Both the position numbers and the translations under genes were made by a program. A stretch of DNA of 62,884 nt, counting the filler. It is 6 parts of 6 records of this genome, joined end to end, with 100 filler letters (N's around TTAATTAATTAA, not from the genome) between each part and the next. Parts side by side here need not be neighbours in the genome. Positions count along the whole stretch, not along the records: positions 11,615 to 22,000 come from SRR22947727_1884; positions 22,101 to 29,586 come from SRR22947727_1887; positions 29,687 to 46,841 come from SRR22947727_1892; 3 more parts are not named here. One strand, 5' to 3'. The notes beneath the pieces were generated by a model. The model was not told where the DNA came from and searched no databases. It saw nothing but the letters and a program-made list of their open reading frames with translations. The first letter of the stretch is position 1, and each line of letters starts with the position of its first letter. This document shows, one piece after another, positions 21,932-31,902 of the stretch.

Positions 21932-22000
21932 CGCCCTCGGCAGGAATCGAACCTGCGGCCAAAAGATTAGAAGTCTTCTGCTCTATCCGCTGAGCTACGA
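21932..22000 (-). tRNA. tRNA-Arg(TCT); ~4 nt of the 5' end lost at the linker
   Basis: TAGCTCAGCGGATAGAGCA D-arm; GAAGA-CTTCTAA-TCTTT anticodon arm; GGTTCGATTCC T-arm; 3' CGAGGGCG. Confidence 0.95.
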
Positions 22001-22100
22001 NNNNNNNNNNNNNNNNNNNNNNNNNNNNNNNNNNNNNNNNNNNNTTAATTAATTAANNNNNNNNNNNNNNNNNNNNNNNNNNNNNNNNNNNNNNNNNNNN
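22001..22100. other. Artificial contig linker
   Basis: N44-TTAATTAATTAA-N44. Confidence 0.99.
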
Positions 22101-22523
22101 GAGATAAACCCCATAGGAATGCCACTGTCGCCCGGGCATATCGCTCTCGCGCGAAAACGCGTCGTAGATGAAACATTCGACAAAAAACATCACGTCGATG
22201 ATTCCCCCGAGGAATACAGCCACGAGCCATTTTGCGAGATAAATCGAACTCCGGCGAACTGGCAATCCATCGAGATACATCAGGGTACCTTCATCTTTTT
22301 CGCGAACGAGAAGCCCGAGCGAAATGATAGCGCAGAAGATGAAGTTCATCACCGTTGAGGTTTCCAAGTTGTCGAAATAGTCCTCCCACAACGTGTATTG
22401 ATCGAGAAAATCAGAAGCCTGCGCGTAAAACAGGCCAAAGATAAACAACACGGCGATGAGAACTGCGATCGGTCGCAGTCCCCGCCATTCTTTATCTATG
22501 AGGGCTCGAAATGCAGGCGTCAT
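22101..22523 (-). CDS. ABC-2-type permease, N-terminal fragment
   Basis: ALIDKEWR start; EKDEGTLMYLDGLPVRRSSIYLAK motif; ATGA overlap with the upstream gene. Confidence 0.85.
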
Positions 22524-24085
22524 TTGGTTTGAGCACTCCCTTCTATATTTGCGGCCCATTTTTCAGAAAAATCAGCCACCGTATCGCCGCCTGTAGCTTT
22601 TCGAAATGCCTTCGAAATGGGATGAAAGAAATCGTAAATCGAAGCGCGATTATCTTTCCCCGCAGCGTATCGAGCCACCGTATTTTGGGCCAGGTTTTGC
22701 AATGCCTCTTCGCCGTACTCATCGACGAATTTCAGCACGCCCGTCCATGCAATAGCTGGCACTTCATCCTCGCCAACCAGTTCCTCGAAGGCTTTCCAAT
22801 CCGTCACGTTTTCCGGGGAAAAGCCGTGTTCGCTAACAATCTCCCCAACTCGTTTTTCCTGCTCAGCAAGCTCCTCAGACGACGCATTTTTAAACTCCAA
22901 CCACTGCTGAAGCCCCATCGCAATCCACCACCGATCTTCTTTTTTAATCCGGTCGATCGAACGGACGTGCAGCACTTCGAGCATGATTTTGGAAGCAACG
23001 CTATCCAACGAGACCGAGTCATCGAGGTAATTTGCGAATGCTAAAACCACTCGGCCCGCCTCGACATCCACATCTTCGCCGATCACTTCACCATCTTCTA
23101 AATCCGTTCGTTCCACGATATAAATCGGAGGGAAATGCGTATCTGAAATCGCCAACCAATCGCGAATGCCACCAACTTTCGCGGCGAGTTTTGAGGCAAA
23201 CGCAACGTCCTGATCCACTGCCCGCGCCACGTTTTCAGGAGACAAAAACAGCTGAACACCATCAATTTCCTCGGCCACAGCCCCCGGCAATTCAAACGGT
23301 TCGGGCGCGGGACTGGTGAAATTCCCCATGAAAGTCATGAACAAAAACAACGCGCCACCAATCGTGATTTTTTCTCGATAAGACATCTTTTCACCCATCA
23401 TCGCAGCAACCGATCCCTCTTTTGTCAGGCCCATCGTGAAACTCAGCCCCAGCAATCCTGCTGTGATGGCCCATGTCCACACGAGATCAGTTTTGGGCCA
23501 AATCTCACGCTCCAATCCAAAACGCTCGAGCAGGGCAAACGGCGGAAACTCCCCCATTGGAACACCTCTGTTTGCGAGGCTGATCATGACAATGAAAATC
23601 ACAAAACAAACCGCAAGGCGATAACGACCAAGAAATCCCGCCACGATAAAAAAGCTGCACAAAAATGCGGACCACGCTGCTGCCGTCGCCAACATGATCT
23701 GTAAAAATTGCATCGTCACCGCCTCCGTTCCGCCCGAGGTAATCCAACAAAACAGAACACTTCCGGCGGCATAGATAATCGAAAGCACAATCCCCAGCCC
23801 GCATTTCACGGCAATCATTCGCCAGCGTGGCAGCGGCAATCCTTCGAGAAACAGCTGGGTCTTCTGACGAAATTCTACCGCGATGAGAAGGAACGCGAGG
23901 ATCCAAATCATGATCGGCAGGACAACGCGGAATCCCGTTCCGAGGCCCGCCATGACTCCGCCACCTCCGCCGCTCGCATTTACTGCGGCCGAAACAAATC
24001 GGAGCAGCAGTGGCGTGGTCACCGCCAGCAAAATGAACCAGATCCCGTGCTGGCGGCACTCTTTTTTGAAAAGCATTCCCGTCAT
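22520..24085 (-). CDS. ABC-2-type permease fused to a soluble, degenerate metallopeptidase-like domain
   Basis: LFKKECR, EFRQKTQLFLEGLPLPR in the TM half; LEVLH...WIAMG...EYGEEAL in the C-terminal half. ATG at 24085. Confidence 0.75.
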   Translation of the reverse strand: MTGMLFKKECRQHGIWFILLAVTTPLLLRFVSAAVNASGGGGGVMAGLGTGFRVVLPIMIWILAFLLIAVEFRQKTQLFLEGLPLPRWRMIAVKCGLGIVLSIIYAAGSVLFCWITSGGTEAVTMQFLQIMLATAAAWSAFLCSFFIVAGFLGRYRLAVCFVIFIVMISLANRGVPMGEFPPFALLERFGLEREIWPKTDLVWTWAITAGLLGLSFTMGLTKEGSVAAMMGEKMSYREKITIGGALFLFMTFMGNFTSPAPEPFELPGAVAEEIDGVQLFLSPENVARAVDQDVAFASKLAAKVGGIRDWLAISDTHFPPIYIVERTDLEDGEVIGEDVDVEAGRVVLAFANYLDDSVSLDSVASKIMLEVLHVRSIDRIKKEDRWWIAMGLQQWLEFKNASSEELAEQEKRVGEIVSEHGFSPENVTDWKAFEELVGEDEVPAIAWTGVLKFVDEYGEEALQNLAQNTVARYAAGKDNRASIYDFFHPISKAFRKATGGDTVADFSEKWAANIEGSAQTK

Positions 24086-24092
24086 CGCAACA

Positions 24093-24992
24093 TCAAATCC
24101 GGGTCGTAGCCATCCCCACACAGGCGATGAAAATGTCTTCCAACGAAAGCGGTTCGTTCGGCAAATCGGATACCCGCCAAGCTTCCGAATCGGCCTCGAC
24201 GACAAACGCCACTTTCCCCGGCGTCTTCGGCTCATCCAACAATCGCCAGATCTGAAATTCTTCCGGCACGGCTCCATCGGGATCGATTTCGACTAACCGA
24301 ACTCGATCTTGTAGCACGGTCAATTCACCTTCAAATCGCATTTTGCCCTTGTGGATAATTCCGACGCGATCGGCTGCCCGTTCCACTTCATCCAGCAGGT
24401 GAGTCGAGAAAAATGTCGTCCGACCGTATTCCCGAGCCTGATAAGTGATGATGTCGAGGAACTCACGCCGCGCCACGGGATCAAGCCCCGCGGTCGGTTC
24501 ATCCAAAATCAAAATCGAAGGTCGCGGAGCAACGGCCAAGGCTAACGCTAGCTTCACTTTCATCCCGCCGGATAGACCGGACACCTTGCGATGCGCGGGG
24601 ACTTCGAGCACATTTAGAAGACGGTTAAATTCATCCGCATCCCACGTCGGATAAAGCCCTCCAACAAATTTCCCGAGCATCGTTGCTGTCATCCACGGGT
24701 AAAAAACTTGTTCCTGAGAAACGTAACCAATCTTCCGTTTTTGCATCAGCGACGTGCGCCTCGTCTTTTCCCCGAGCAATTCGATGCTGCCGCCGCTTGG
24801 CGCGATGATTCCCATCAGCATGCGAATTGTGGTGGTCTTGCCCGCACCGTTCACGCCGAGAAACCCATAAATTTCGCCCTGATTCACACTCAAATCGAGC
24901 CCATCGACGGCCATGAATTTCCCGAAAGACCGCTGCAGTCCTTCGACCCGCAAAACAGTTTCGGGTGTGCTTTCTGTAATCTCGCCGTCCAT
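24093..24992 (-). CDS. ABC transporter ATP-binding protein
   Basis: GVNGAGKTT, LSGG, LDEPTAGLD; ATG at 24992. Confidence 0.95.
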   Translation of the reverse strand: MDGEITESTPETVLRVEGLQRSFGKFMAVDGLDLSVNQGEIYGFLGVNGAGKTTTIRMLMGIIAPSGGSIELLGEKTRRTSLMQKRKIGYVSQEQVFYPWMTATMLGKFVGGLYPTWDADEFNRLLNVLEVPAHRKVSGLSGGMKVKLALALAVAPRPSILILDEPTAGLDPVARREFLDIITYQAREYGRTTFFSTHLLDEVERAADRVGIIHKGKMRFEGELTVLQDRVRLVEIDPDGAVPEEFQIWRLLDEPKTPGKVAFVVEADSEAWRVSDLPNEPLSLEDIFIACVGMATTRI

Positions 24993-25020
24993 CGCAGCCG
25001 AGCCTAGTCGGGCAATTTGC

Positions 25021-25037
25021 GTGAGGCTAGGAAAAAA
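25021..25037. repeat. 17-nt direct repeat, copy 1
   Basis: GTGAGGCTAGGAAAAAA, identical to 25666-25682. Confidence 0.85.
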
Positions 25038-25196
25038 GCTGAACCGAAATGATCTTGCAAACGAATTTGGAAAACAGGATACCCTTTTCGACTTGAAAAC
25101 GAATGCCGCACGCCTTCCCGCACCCCTCTTTTCTTGAATTTCACTCAACCAACTTGGATTAGAGAACGAGGCCAAAATCCTCAGCCGATCAACCGG

Positions 25197-25580
25197 TCAT
25201 CGCAGTCCTACAGATCTCGCCGCAACCGCAGTGCAAATACTGCGAAGTAAGAAGTACCGAAGAGAGATTATTGAACAAGCCAATTCTTTGATGAGGAAAT
25301 ACCCGCCTGACACCCAGACGTGCCGGTATTCGTTATCATCCCGCAATTTGGAAAAACCAATTGCGGGGTTTGTCGATTTTGAAAGCGATGAAACATATCG
25401 GTTCAATCCTCCACTTTCTTCTGCTGATTCAACTCTAGTCTCCTCCTCGGGTAATTGGTCGATGAACTCACGAGGAAGCGTATTAAAATTGACATCCGAT
25501 TCAGGTGAAACTTTCAGGTAATCAGCGCGAGGATTTTTCCGCCCCGCAGGTGGAAACGTTTCCTTCAACCTTCCAACCAA
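25197..25580 (-). CDS. Orphan or degenerate ORF; strand uncertain
   Basis: 127-aa TTG-start ORF overlapped by a + strand ORF (25231-25521); no family recognised. Confidence 0.25.
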   Translation of the reverse strand: MVGRLKETFPPAGRKNPRADYLKVSPESDVNFNTLPREFIDQLPEEETRVESAEESGGLNRYVSSLSKSTNPAIGFSKLRDDNEYRHVWVSGGYFLIKELACSIISLRYFLLRSICTAVAARSVGLR

Positions 25581-25665
25581 AGAGGGATGGTTTTTGAAAA
25601 TTCAAATAGGATTCTAACGGACCGACCTCCCGCGCCGAAACCGGAAATTGATCGGGAGTGTTTCG

Positions 25666-25682
25666 GTGAGGCTAGGAAAAAA
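25666..25682. repeat. 17-nt direct repeat, copy 2
   Basis: GTGAGGCTAGGAAAAAA, identical to 25021-25037. Confidence 0.85.
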
Positions 25683-25849
25683 TGGGATTCCACGATCCGA
25701 GAGGGTGCGTTCGTCGACCAGATACTGTTGGATCGAAACGGCTTTTCGAAACAATAGGGTAAGTTCATCGAAACAACCCTATTCGTTCGAAAATTCTCCG
25801 CCTTATCCAAACTTGCGATTTTCCTGCTTCGCGCTACGAATTCACCGTC

Positions 25850-27466
25850 ATGCTTTCAATTTCCAAGCTCAAAAAATCATACGGTGGCCAGACTCTGTTC
25901 GAGGACTGCGATCTCCAGATCAATTATGGGGAGCGCGTCGCGCTGGTCGGGCCTAACGGAGCGGGTAAAACCACGATTTTCCGGATCATTCTGGGCGAGG
26001 AAGAAGCAGATCGCGGCGAGGTAAATCGCGACGAATACACGCTGATCGGATTTCTCCCGCAGGAAAGTGAAGACGTCGGCGATCACACCGTCATTGAAAT
26101 CGCCACGGGACGTGCCGGCATGTTGCAAGAACTTGAGGTTCAGCTAAAGGCGCTCGAAGTCGCCGGAACGGTTGATGTGCCGGAGTATTATGAAGCTCAA
26201 GGAAAATTCGACGCGCTGAACAATCCGCAGGTCGAAGCAAAAGCGAAGAAGATGCTGCGGGGCCTCGGTTACCAGGAAGAAGATTTTTTACGCCCTGCGA
26301 AAGAAATGTCCGGTGGTTGGATTATGCGAGCGCACCTGGCGCGTTTGCTTGTGATAGAGCCGGATTTACTGATGCTCGATGAGCCGACAAACCACTTGGA
26401 CCTGATGTCGTTGCTCTGGTTTCAGGATTACCTGAAAAACTACAGCGGAGCGATTTTGATGATTTCCCACGATCGCCATTTCATGAACGCTCTCACGGAG
26501 TCCGTTCACGAAATTGACAACAAAAAGCTGGTTCACTACACCGGCAATTACTCTGATTTCGAAGATCAGCGGCTTAAGAATTACGAAAACGCGAATACTG
26601 CCTACAAAAATCAGCAGAAACAGATCAAGGAAATGCAGGACTTTGCGAACCGTTTCCGCAACGTGACGTCGAAGGCATCACAGGCCCAGTCTAAGCTGAA
26701 AGAGATCGATCGGATTGAAAAACTGGCTAAACCACGCACGCCACCTAAACCTTATCGGTTCCAGATTCCTGAGCCGCCGCGTGGTGGTCAAAAAGCATTG
26801 GAGCTTCAGGATGTTGATTTCGGTTACGGTGAACGGAAGATTTACGAAAACCTGAATCTCACGATCGAACGCGGCGAGCGCACCGTTCTGGTCGGGCCAA
26901 ACGGTTCCGGTAAGTCGACCCTGATCAAACTTCTCGCCGAAGAATTGATTCCTCAAGGCGGCACCATGAAAAAGGGCCACAATGCGAAAATTGGTTACTT
27001 CAGCCAGCACCGTGCGGCGACGTTGAATCCGAATAATTCAGTGGTTAGCGAGATCATGGAAGCCGCCCCGACCCTTCGCGAAGACGAAGCACGCGGCATT
27101 TTGGGATCGTTCATGTTCCGCAAGGAAGAGGTCTACAAAATGACTAAAGTGCTTTCAGGGGGTGAGAAAAGTCGACTGAACCTCGTGAAATTCCTCGTTG
27201 ATCCGCCGAATATTCTCCTGATGGACGAGCCGACAACCCACCTCGATATTTTAACGGTTGAGTCCTTGATTTTGGCGCTTAAAAAATACGCCGGAACGCT
27301 CGTTTTCATCTCGCACGACGTTCACTTCATCCGCGAGCTGGCGACTGACGTTCTTCACGTGAACAGTGGTCAGGTCCGTCGTTACCACGGCGATTTCGAT
27401 TACTTTGTCGACAAGTCTGGTGGCGGAGATGAGCGCGGTGCACTGACTGCTGAGCTAAAAGACTAA
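25850..27466 (+). CDS. ABC-F family ATPase
   Basis: Two ABC domains (GPNGAGKT, GPNGSGKS; MSGGW, LSGGE), no TM segments. Confidence 0.93.
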   Translation: MLSISKLKKSYGGQTLFEDCDLQINYGERVALVGPNGAGKTTIFRIILGEEEADRGEVNRDEYTLIGFLPQESEDVGDHTVIEIATGRAGMLQELEVQLKALEVAGTVDVPEYYEAQGKFDALNNPQVEAKAKKMLRGLGYQEEDFLRPAKEMSGGWIMRAHLARLLVIEPDLLMLDEPTNHLDLMSLLWFQDYLKNYSGAILMISHDRHFMNALTESVHEIDNKKLVHYTGNYSDFEDQRLKNYENANTAYKNQQKQIKEMQDFANRFRNVTSKASQAQSKLKEIDRIEKLAKPRTPPKPYRFQIPEPPRGGQKALELQDVDFGYGERKIYENLNLTIERGERTVLVGPNGSGKSTLIKLLAEELIPQGGTMKKGHNAKIGYFSQHRAATLNPNNSVVSEIMEAAPTLREDEARGILGSFMFRKEEVYKMTKVLSGGEKSRLNLVKFLVDPPNILLMDEPTTHLDILTVESLILALKKYAGTLVFISHDVHFIRELATDVLHVNSGQVRRYHGDFDYFVDKSGGGDERGALTAELKD

Positions 27467-27481
27467 TCGAAATTTTCGTCA

Positions 27482-28756
27482 CTACTTGGCCGGCTTTGGT
27501 TTGATAAAAAGGACCTCCGCCCGGTCGAGCCAACTTTTGCGCAGATCAACACGGAACCAGCCCTCGCTATTCCGTTTACTGACACGTACGCCCGAGCGAT
27601 CTCCGAATTGTTTGAGATCGTATTGCCCCCACGTTTTTCCGAGATCGTTCGAAATGATGAATCCGCAATCGCACGGATTTGCATTGCCATATTCGGGAAT
27701 CAAAATCACGTCGCCGTCGATTGTCATGACGGCTTGCTCGAATTTCGTATCGTAAATCTTGGTCTGCTTTTCCTTGTTCGCAATGTCTGCCGGATCGCAT
27801 TTGAAAATCCCCCGATCGTAGACTTCTCGGATCGTTTTAGGGCCATTCGCATCGGCCACCCAGTAGACCTCGCCGTCGACAAAATTGATCCCGCCGGATT
27901 TGTAGCGCGAATTCGCATCTGAAGACGCCACTACTTTCCATTCCCAACTGTCGGCCGACGCATCGTATTTTCCTCGCAACCAATTACATTCGAGGCCATG
28001 GCCACGTTCAATATCGCCGCTGCAGGCATAGAACGCATCTTCAGCCGAGTTGTATGAGACAGAGTGGATGTGTCGGCAAATCGTCGAATTGTCAGGATCG
28101 CCGAGCCACGACTCTTTTTCTGCATCCTTGTATTGAAAATGAGGATTCTGCCCAAACGAATAGGCGATTTTCACAGTCTCGCCGCCATCGGTCGAATAAT
28201 AAACATTCGATGGAACCGGCTCCGTCCTGACATTGCAATAATTCCCCCAGATCAGCATTTCAGTGCCTTTCACGTCAAAAGTGTTCACGCCATCGAGCGA
28301 ATAAAAATACCAGCCCGCCTTTTCAGGATCTCTTGGCGTGTGCGGAATGTAGTCGCTCCCATCTCGATCTTTCACTGTGACTTCCTGAAGTGTTTTCAGA
28401 TTATCCTTACTTACAAAAAGGTGATCCCGCGTTGCAAATACAAGATTCCCATTCGCCTGAAAACTACTGAACAGGATGTTTTCGGTGTCGGCGAAATCGG
28501 CTTCTTGCGACCACGTTTTGGCATTGTCTTCGGATAGGAAAATCTTCCCATCCCCGATTCCAAAGGCTCGGCTGTCTCGTTGAGTATCTATGAACGGGCC
28601 ATCGGTATGCGCCAGTCGATACCAAAAATGCTCGTTTTCACCCGTGCTATGTCCCGCAGCTAGGAGCGATAGTTCCATGCGGGAAAATGCCGCCCCGGCT
28701 AGCGCAGTTCCAACAAAGTCGCGACGAGAAACAGTGGTTTTAGATTCCATATTCAT
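27482..28756 (-). CDS. Tat-exported BNR/Asp-box beta-propeller protein (sialidase/glycosidase-like fold)
   Basis: SRRDFVG twin-arginine signal; Asp-boxes SEDNAKTW, STDGGETV, SNDLGKTW. Confidence 0.75.
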   Translation of the reverse strand: MNMESKTTVSRRDFVGTALAGAAFSRMELSLLAAGHSTGENEHFWYRLAHTDGPFIDTQRDSRAFGIGDGKIFLSEDNAKTWSQEADFADTENILFSSFQANGNLVFATRDHLFVSKDNLKTLQEVTVKDRDGSDYIPHTPRDPEKAGWYFYSLDGVNTFDVKGTEMLIWGNYCNVRTEPVPSNVYYSTDGGETVKIAYSFGQNPHFQYKDAEKESWLGDPDNSTICRHIHSVSYNSAEDAFYACSGDIERGHGLECNWLRGKYDASADSWEWKVVASSDANSRYKSGGINFVDGEVYWVADANGPKTIREVYDRGIFKCDPADIANKEKQTKIYDTKFEQAVMTIDGDVILIPEYGNANPCDCGFIISNDLGKTWGQYDLKQFGDRSGVRVSKRNSEGWFRVDLRKSWLDRAEVLFIKPKPAK

Positions 28757-28889
28757 AAATGCAGGAAATCAAAATTCTGCGAGTGATGACAGGATTAAAA
28801 CGCGCCTGTTTGCGGCGTTCTCATTACCCTGTCATAACGCCACTTCTTATCGACAAATGCCCGCTCGCTCTTTATAACCTCGCTCTGTC

Positions 28890-29586
28890 ATGTCGATTTC
28901 TACTAACACCACCATTTTTGAAGGCTGCATTCCCGCCCTGATGACACCCTGCACGCCCGACCGCCTTCCTGATTTCGATGCCCTTGTTCGCAAAGCTGAA
29001 GAGCTGATCGAGACCGGAATGCGAGCGGTCGTATATTGCGGTTCGATGGGCGATTGGCCGCTCCTGACTGATGCTCAGCGTCAAGAAGGGGTTCGCCGTC
29101 TGGTGGAAGCCGGAATTCCCGTCGTCGTTGGAACCGGCGCGCAAAATCCGACCATCGCAGCCGCTCATGCAGCCCACGCCAACGAAGTTGGTGCAGGCGG
29201 GTTGATGGTGATTCCTCGCGTGCTTTCTCGTGGATCATCCGTGGCTGCGCAGCGTGCTCATTTTTCAGGAATTTTGAAAGCCGGCGGTGATCTGCCTGCC
29301 GTGATTTACAACAGCCCGCATTATGGTTTCGAAACCAAAGCAGATCTGTTTTTTGATCTCCGAAAAGAGCATTCCAACCTTATTGGCTTCAAAGAATTTG
29401 GAGGCGCTCAGTCGCTCAGCTATGCGGCGGAACACATCACGAGCGGCAGGTCTGATCTCACTCTCATGGTCGGAGTCGATACCCAAGTGTTTCACGGCTT
29501 TGTCCATTGTGGCGCGGCAGGTGCAATCACCGGCGTTGGTAATGCGTTGCCGAAAGAAATTCTGCGCTTCATGGAACTTTGCCAGC
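28890..29586 (+). CDS. DapA/NAL-family lyase, probably HypD-like pyrroline-hydroxy-carboxylate deaminase; truncated by the linker
   Basis: PALMTP, YCGSMGDW (not the GTTGE of true DapA), IYNSP, Schiff-base GFKE. Confidence 0.8.
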
Positions 29587-29686
29587 NNNNNNNNNNNNNN
29601 NNNNNNNNNNNNNNNNNNNNNNNNNNNNNNTTAATTAATTAANNNNNNNNNNNNNNNNNNNNNNNNNNNNNNNNNNNNNNNNNNNN
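29587..29686. other. Artificial contig linker
   Basis: N44-TTAATTAATTAA-N44. Confidence 0.99.
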
Positions 29687-31809
29687 CTTGGTCTAAATGT
29701 ACAGATAAAGTTGCTGATGCTATGATGGATGAGGCTGCCCGTCCACGAAAGCGTATAAACTCTATATTTATGATGGCTGATTCAGGTGCGCGTGGTTCAA
29801 AAAACCAGATGAAACAACTTGCAGGTATGAGAGGCTTGATGGCTAAACCCTCAGGAGAAATCATTGAGACTCCTATTACGGCTAACTTCAAAGAGGGGTT
29901 AACTGTTATGGATTACTTTAACTCAACCCATGGAGCGCGTAAGGGTCTTGCTGATACAGCACTCAAAACAGCTAATTCGGGATATCTAACGCGTCGCTTA
30001 GTTGACGTTGCACAAGACTGTATAGTTACCGAACAGGATTGTGGTACTCAAAATGGTATTGAATTGAAGCCAGTAGTGGACTCGGGCGAGGTTGTTGTTT
30101 CGCTTGGTGAACGAGTTCTCGGAAGAGTTCTTGCTGAAGATATCCAAGATCCCCGCAATGGTGAACTTTTGTATCCAGCTAATACCTATGTTGATGAAGA
30201 TATAGCAGCTGAAATTGATTTGTCGGGATTGCAAAATCTTCGAGCTAGAAGTCCATTGACCTGTGATACTGTTACGGGGATTTGTGCAACTTGCTATGGT
30301 AGAGATTTAGCTCGAGGAATAAAAGTTAATATGGGCGAAGCAGTTGGAGTGATCGCTGCTCAGTCGATTGGTGAGCCAGGTACACAGCTTACTATGCGAA
30401 CTTTCCATATTGGGGGAACAGCTTCAGTCTCAGATAAATCTGTAACTGAAAGCTCTAACCAAGGTTTTATCAAGTACGACTCAAAAGAAGTTATTGATAC
30501 TGGTTCTAGCTTTATGGTCAGGTCTCGTAAGATTGAGTTTTCAGTTGTAGATAAAGATGGCAAGGAGCTTGAGACTCATAAAGTCGATTATGGTTCACGT
30601 ATTTTAGTAAAGTCAGGTGTTAAGGTGAAGCGCGGCGACCGCCTAGCAGAGTGGGATCCATATGCAACTCCAATTCTGACGGAAACGGGTGGCAAGGTTC
30701 GTCTACTAGATTTAGTGGATGGAGTTTCTGCTAAAGACGAAACCGATGAAGAAACAGGTATCTCTTCAAAAGTTATTGTTGATTGGCGCGCATCTTCTAA
30801 GTCTGGTGATATCCAGCCCGTTGCTGTTATAGAAGATGAAAATGGCGAACCAGTAAAATTTGATAATGGAAACATAGCCCGATACATGTTAGCTGTTGGA
30901 GCAATACTTTCTGTTAATGATGGTGATGTTGTCAAACCTGGTGATGTTCTAGCTAGAATTGCTAAAGGTGGTGCAACTCAGCGCGATATTACTGGTGGCC
31001 TACCACGTGTGGCCGAACTGTTTGAAGCCCGCCGTCCAAAAGACGATGCTGTAATAGCTGATATTGACGGAAAAATTGAATTTACACGTGATTATAAAAA
31101 CAAACGAAAAATTCAGATATTACCTGAAGATGAAAATATAGAGCCATCATCATACTTAATTGCAAAAGGTAAGCATATGTTAGTTCAAGATGGCGACAGT
31201 GTTAAAAAGGGTGACTACATTATTGATGGAAACCCTGCACCACATGACATTCTCTCAATAATGGGTGTCGAGGCTTTAGCTGAATATCTTGTGGATGAAG
31301 TCCAGGGTGTATATCGACTACAAGGGGTTCCAATTAATGATAAACATATCGAAGTAATAGTCCGTCAAATGCTTCAAAAAGTTGAAGTTACTGATCCTGG
31401 AGATACTACTTTGCTTCGTAATGAGCAAATGGATAAGATTGAATTTAACAAAGTAAATGTAGCATTGCTCGAAAGAGATAAAAAAGCTGAAATTGCCAAA
31501 AGTACCCCTGTTTTACTAGGTATTACTAAAGCATCTCTACAGACACGTTCATTTATTTCAGCTGCGTCTTTCCAAGAGACTACTCGTGTTCTGACTGAGG
31601 CATCTGTCCAAGGCAAAGAAGATATGCTTGAGGGTCTCAAAGAGAATGTGATTGTTGGAAGACTTATTCCAGCAGGCACGGGTGGAAATTTACGCAAATA
31701 TCAGAAGCTTGCTAACGACCTAGACCAAAAATTGCTTGAGGAACGAGCAGCTAATGAGCCACAGCTTCAAGATTTTCCTGAAGAAATTAGTGGAGACGCA
31801 GCTGAGTAA
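29687..31809 (+). CDS. rpoC: RNA polymerase beta' subunit, C-terminal part
   Basis: [51 protein letters not shown]. Confidence 0.99.
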
Positions 31810-31830
31810 TTGGCTAATTGAATAAGTATT

Positions 31831-31865
31831 AAAAACCGCACAATTGAATTAGTGCGGTTTTTTTT
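31831..31865 (+). terminator. Rho-independent terminator after rpoC
   Basis: AAAAACCGCAC/GTGCGGTTTTT stem plus T-run. Confidence 0.85.
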
Positions 31866-31902
31866 ATTTTAATAATTTCATAAAGTAGTTTGGAGAATTG
31901 GG

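Noticed and set aside
21932-22000. tRNA as the integration site of an island
   Set aside because: No duplicated tRNA fragment or integrase in the contig, and the 3' flank is an ordinary gene.
28890-29586. Calling the lyase dapA
   Set aside because: The substrate loop is GSMGD, not GTTGE, so it is a different subfamily.
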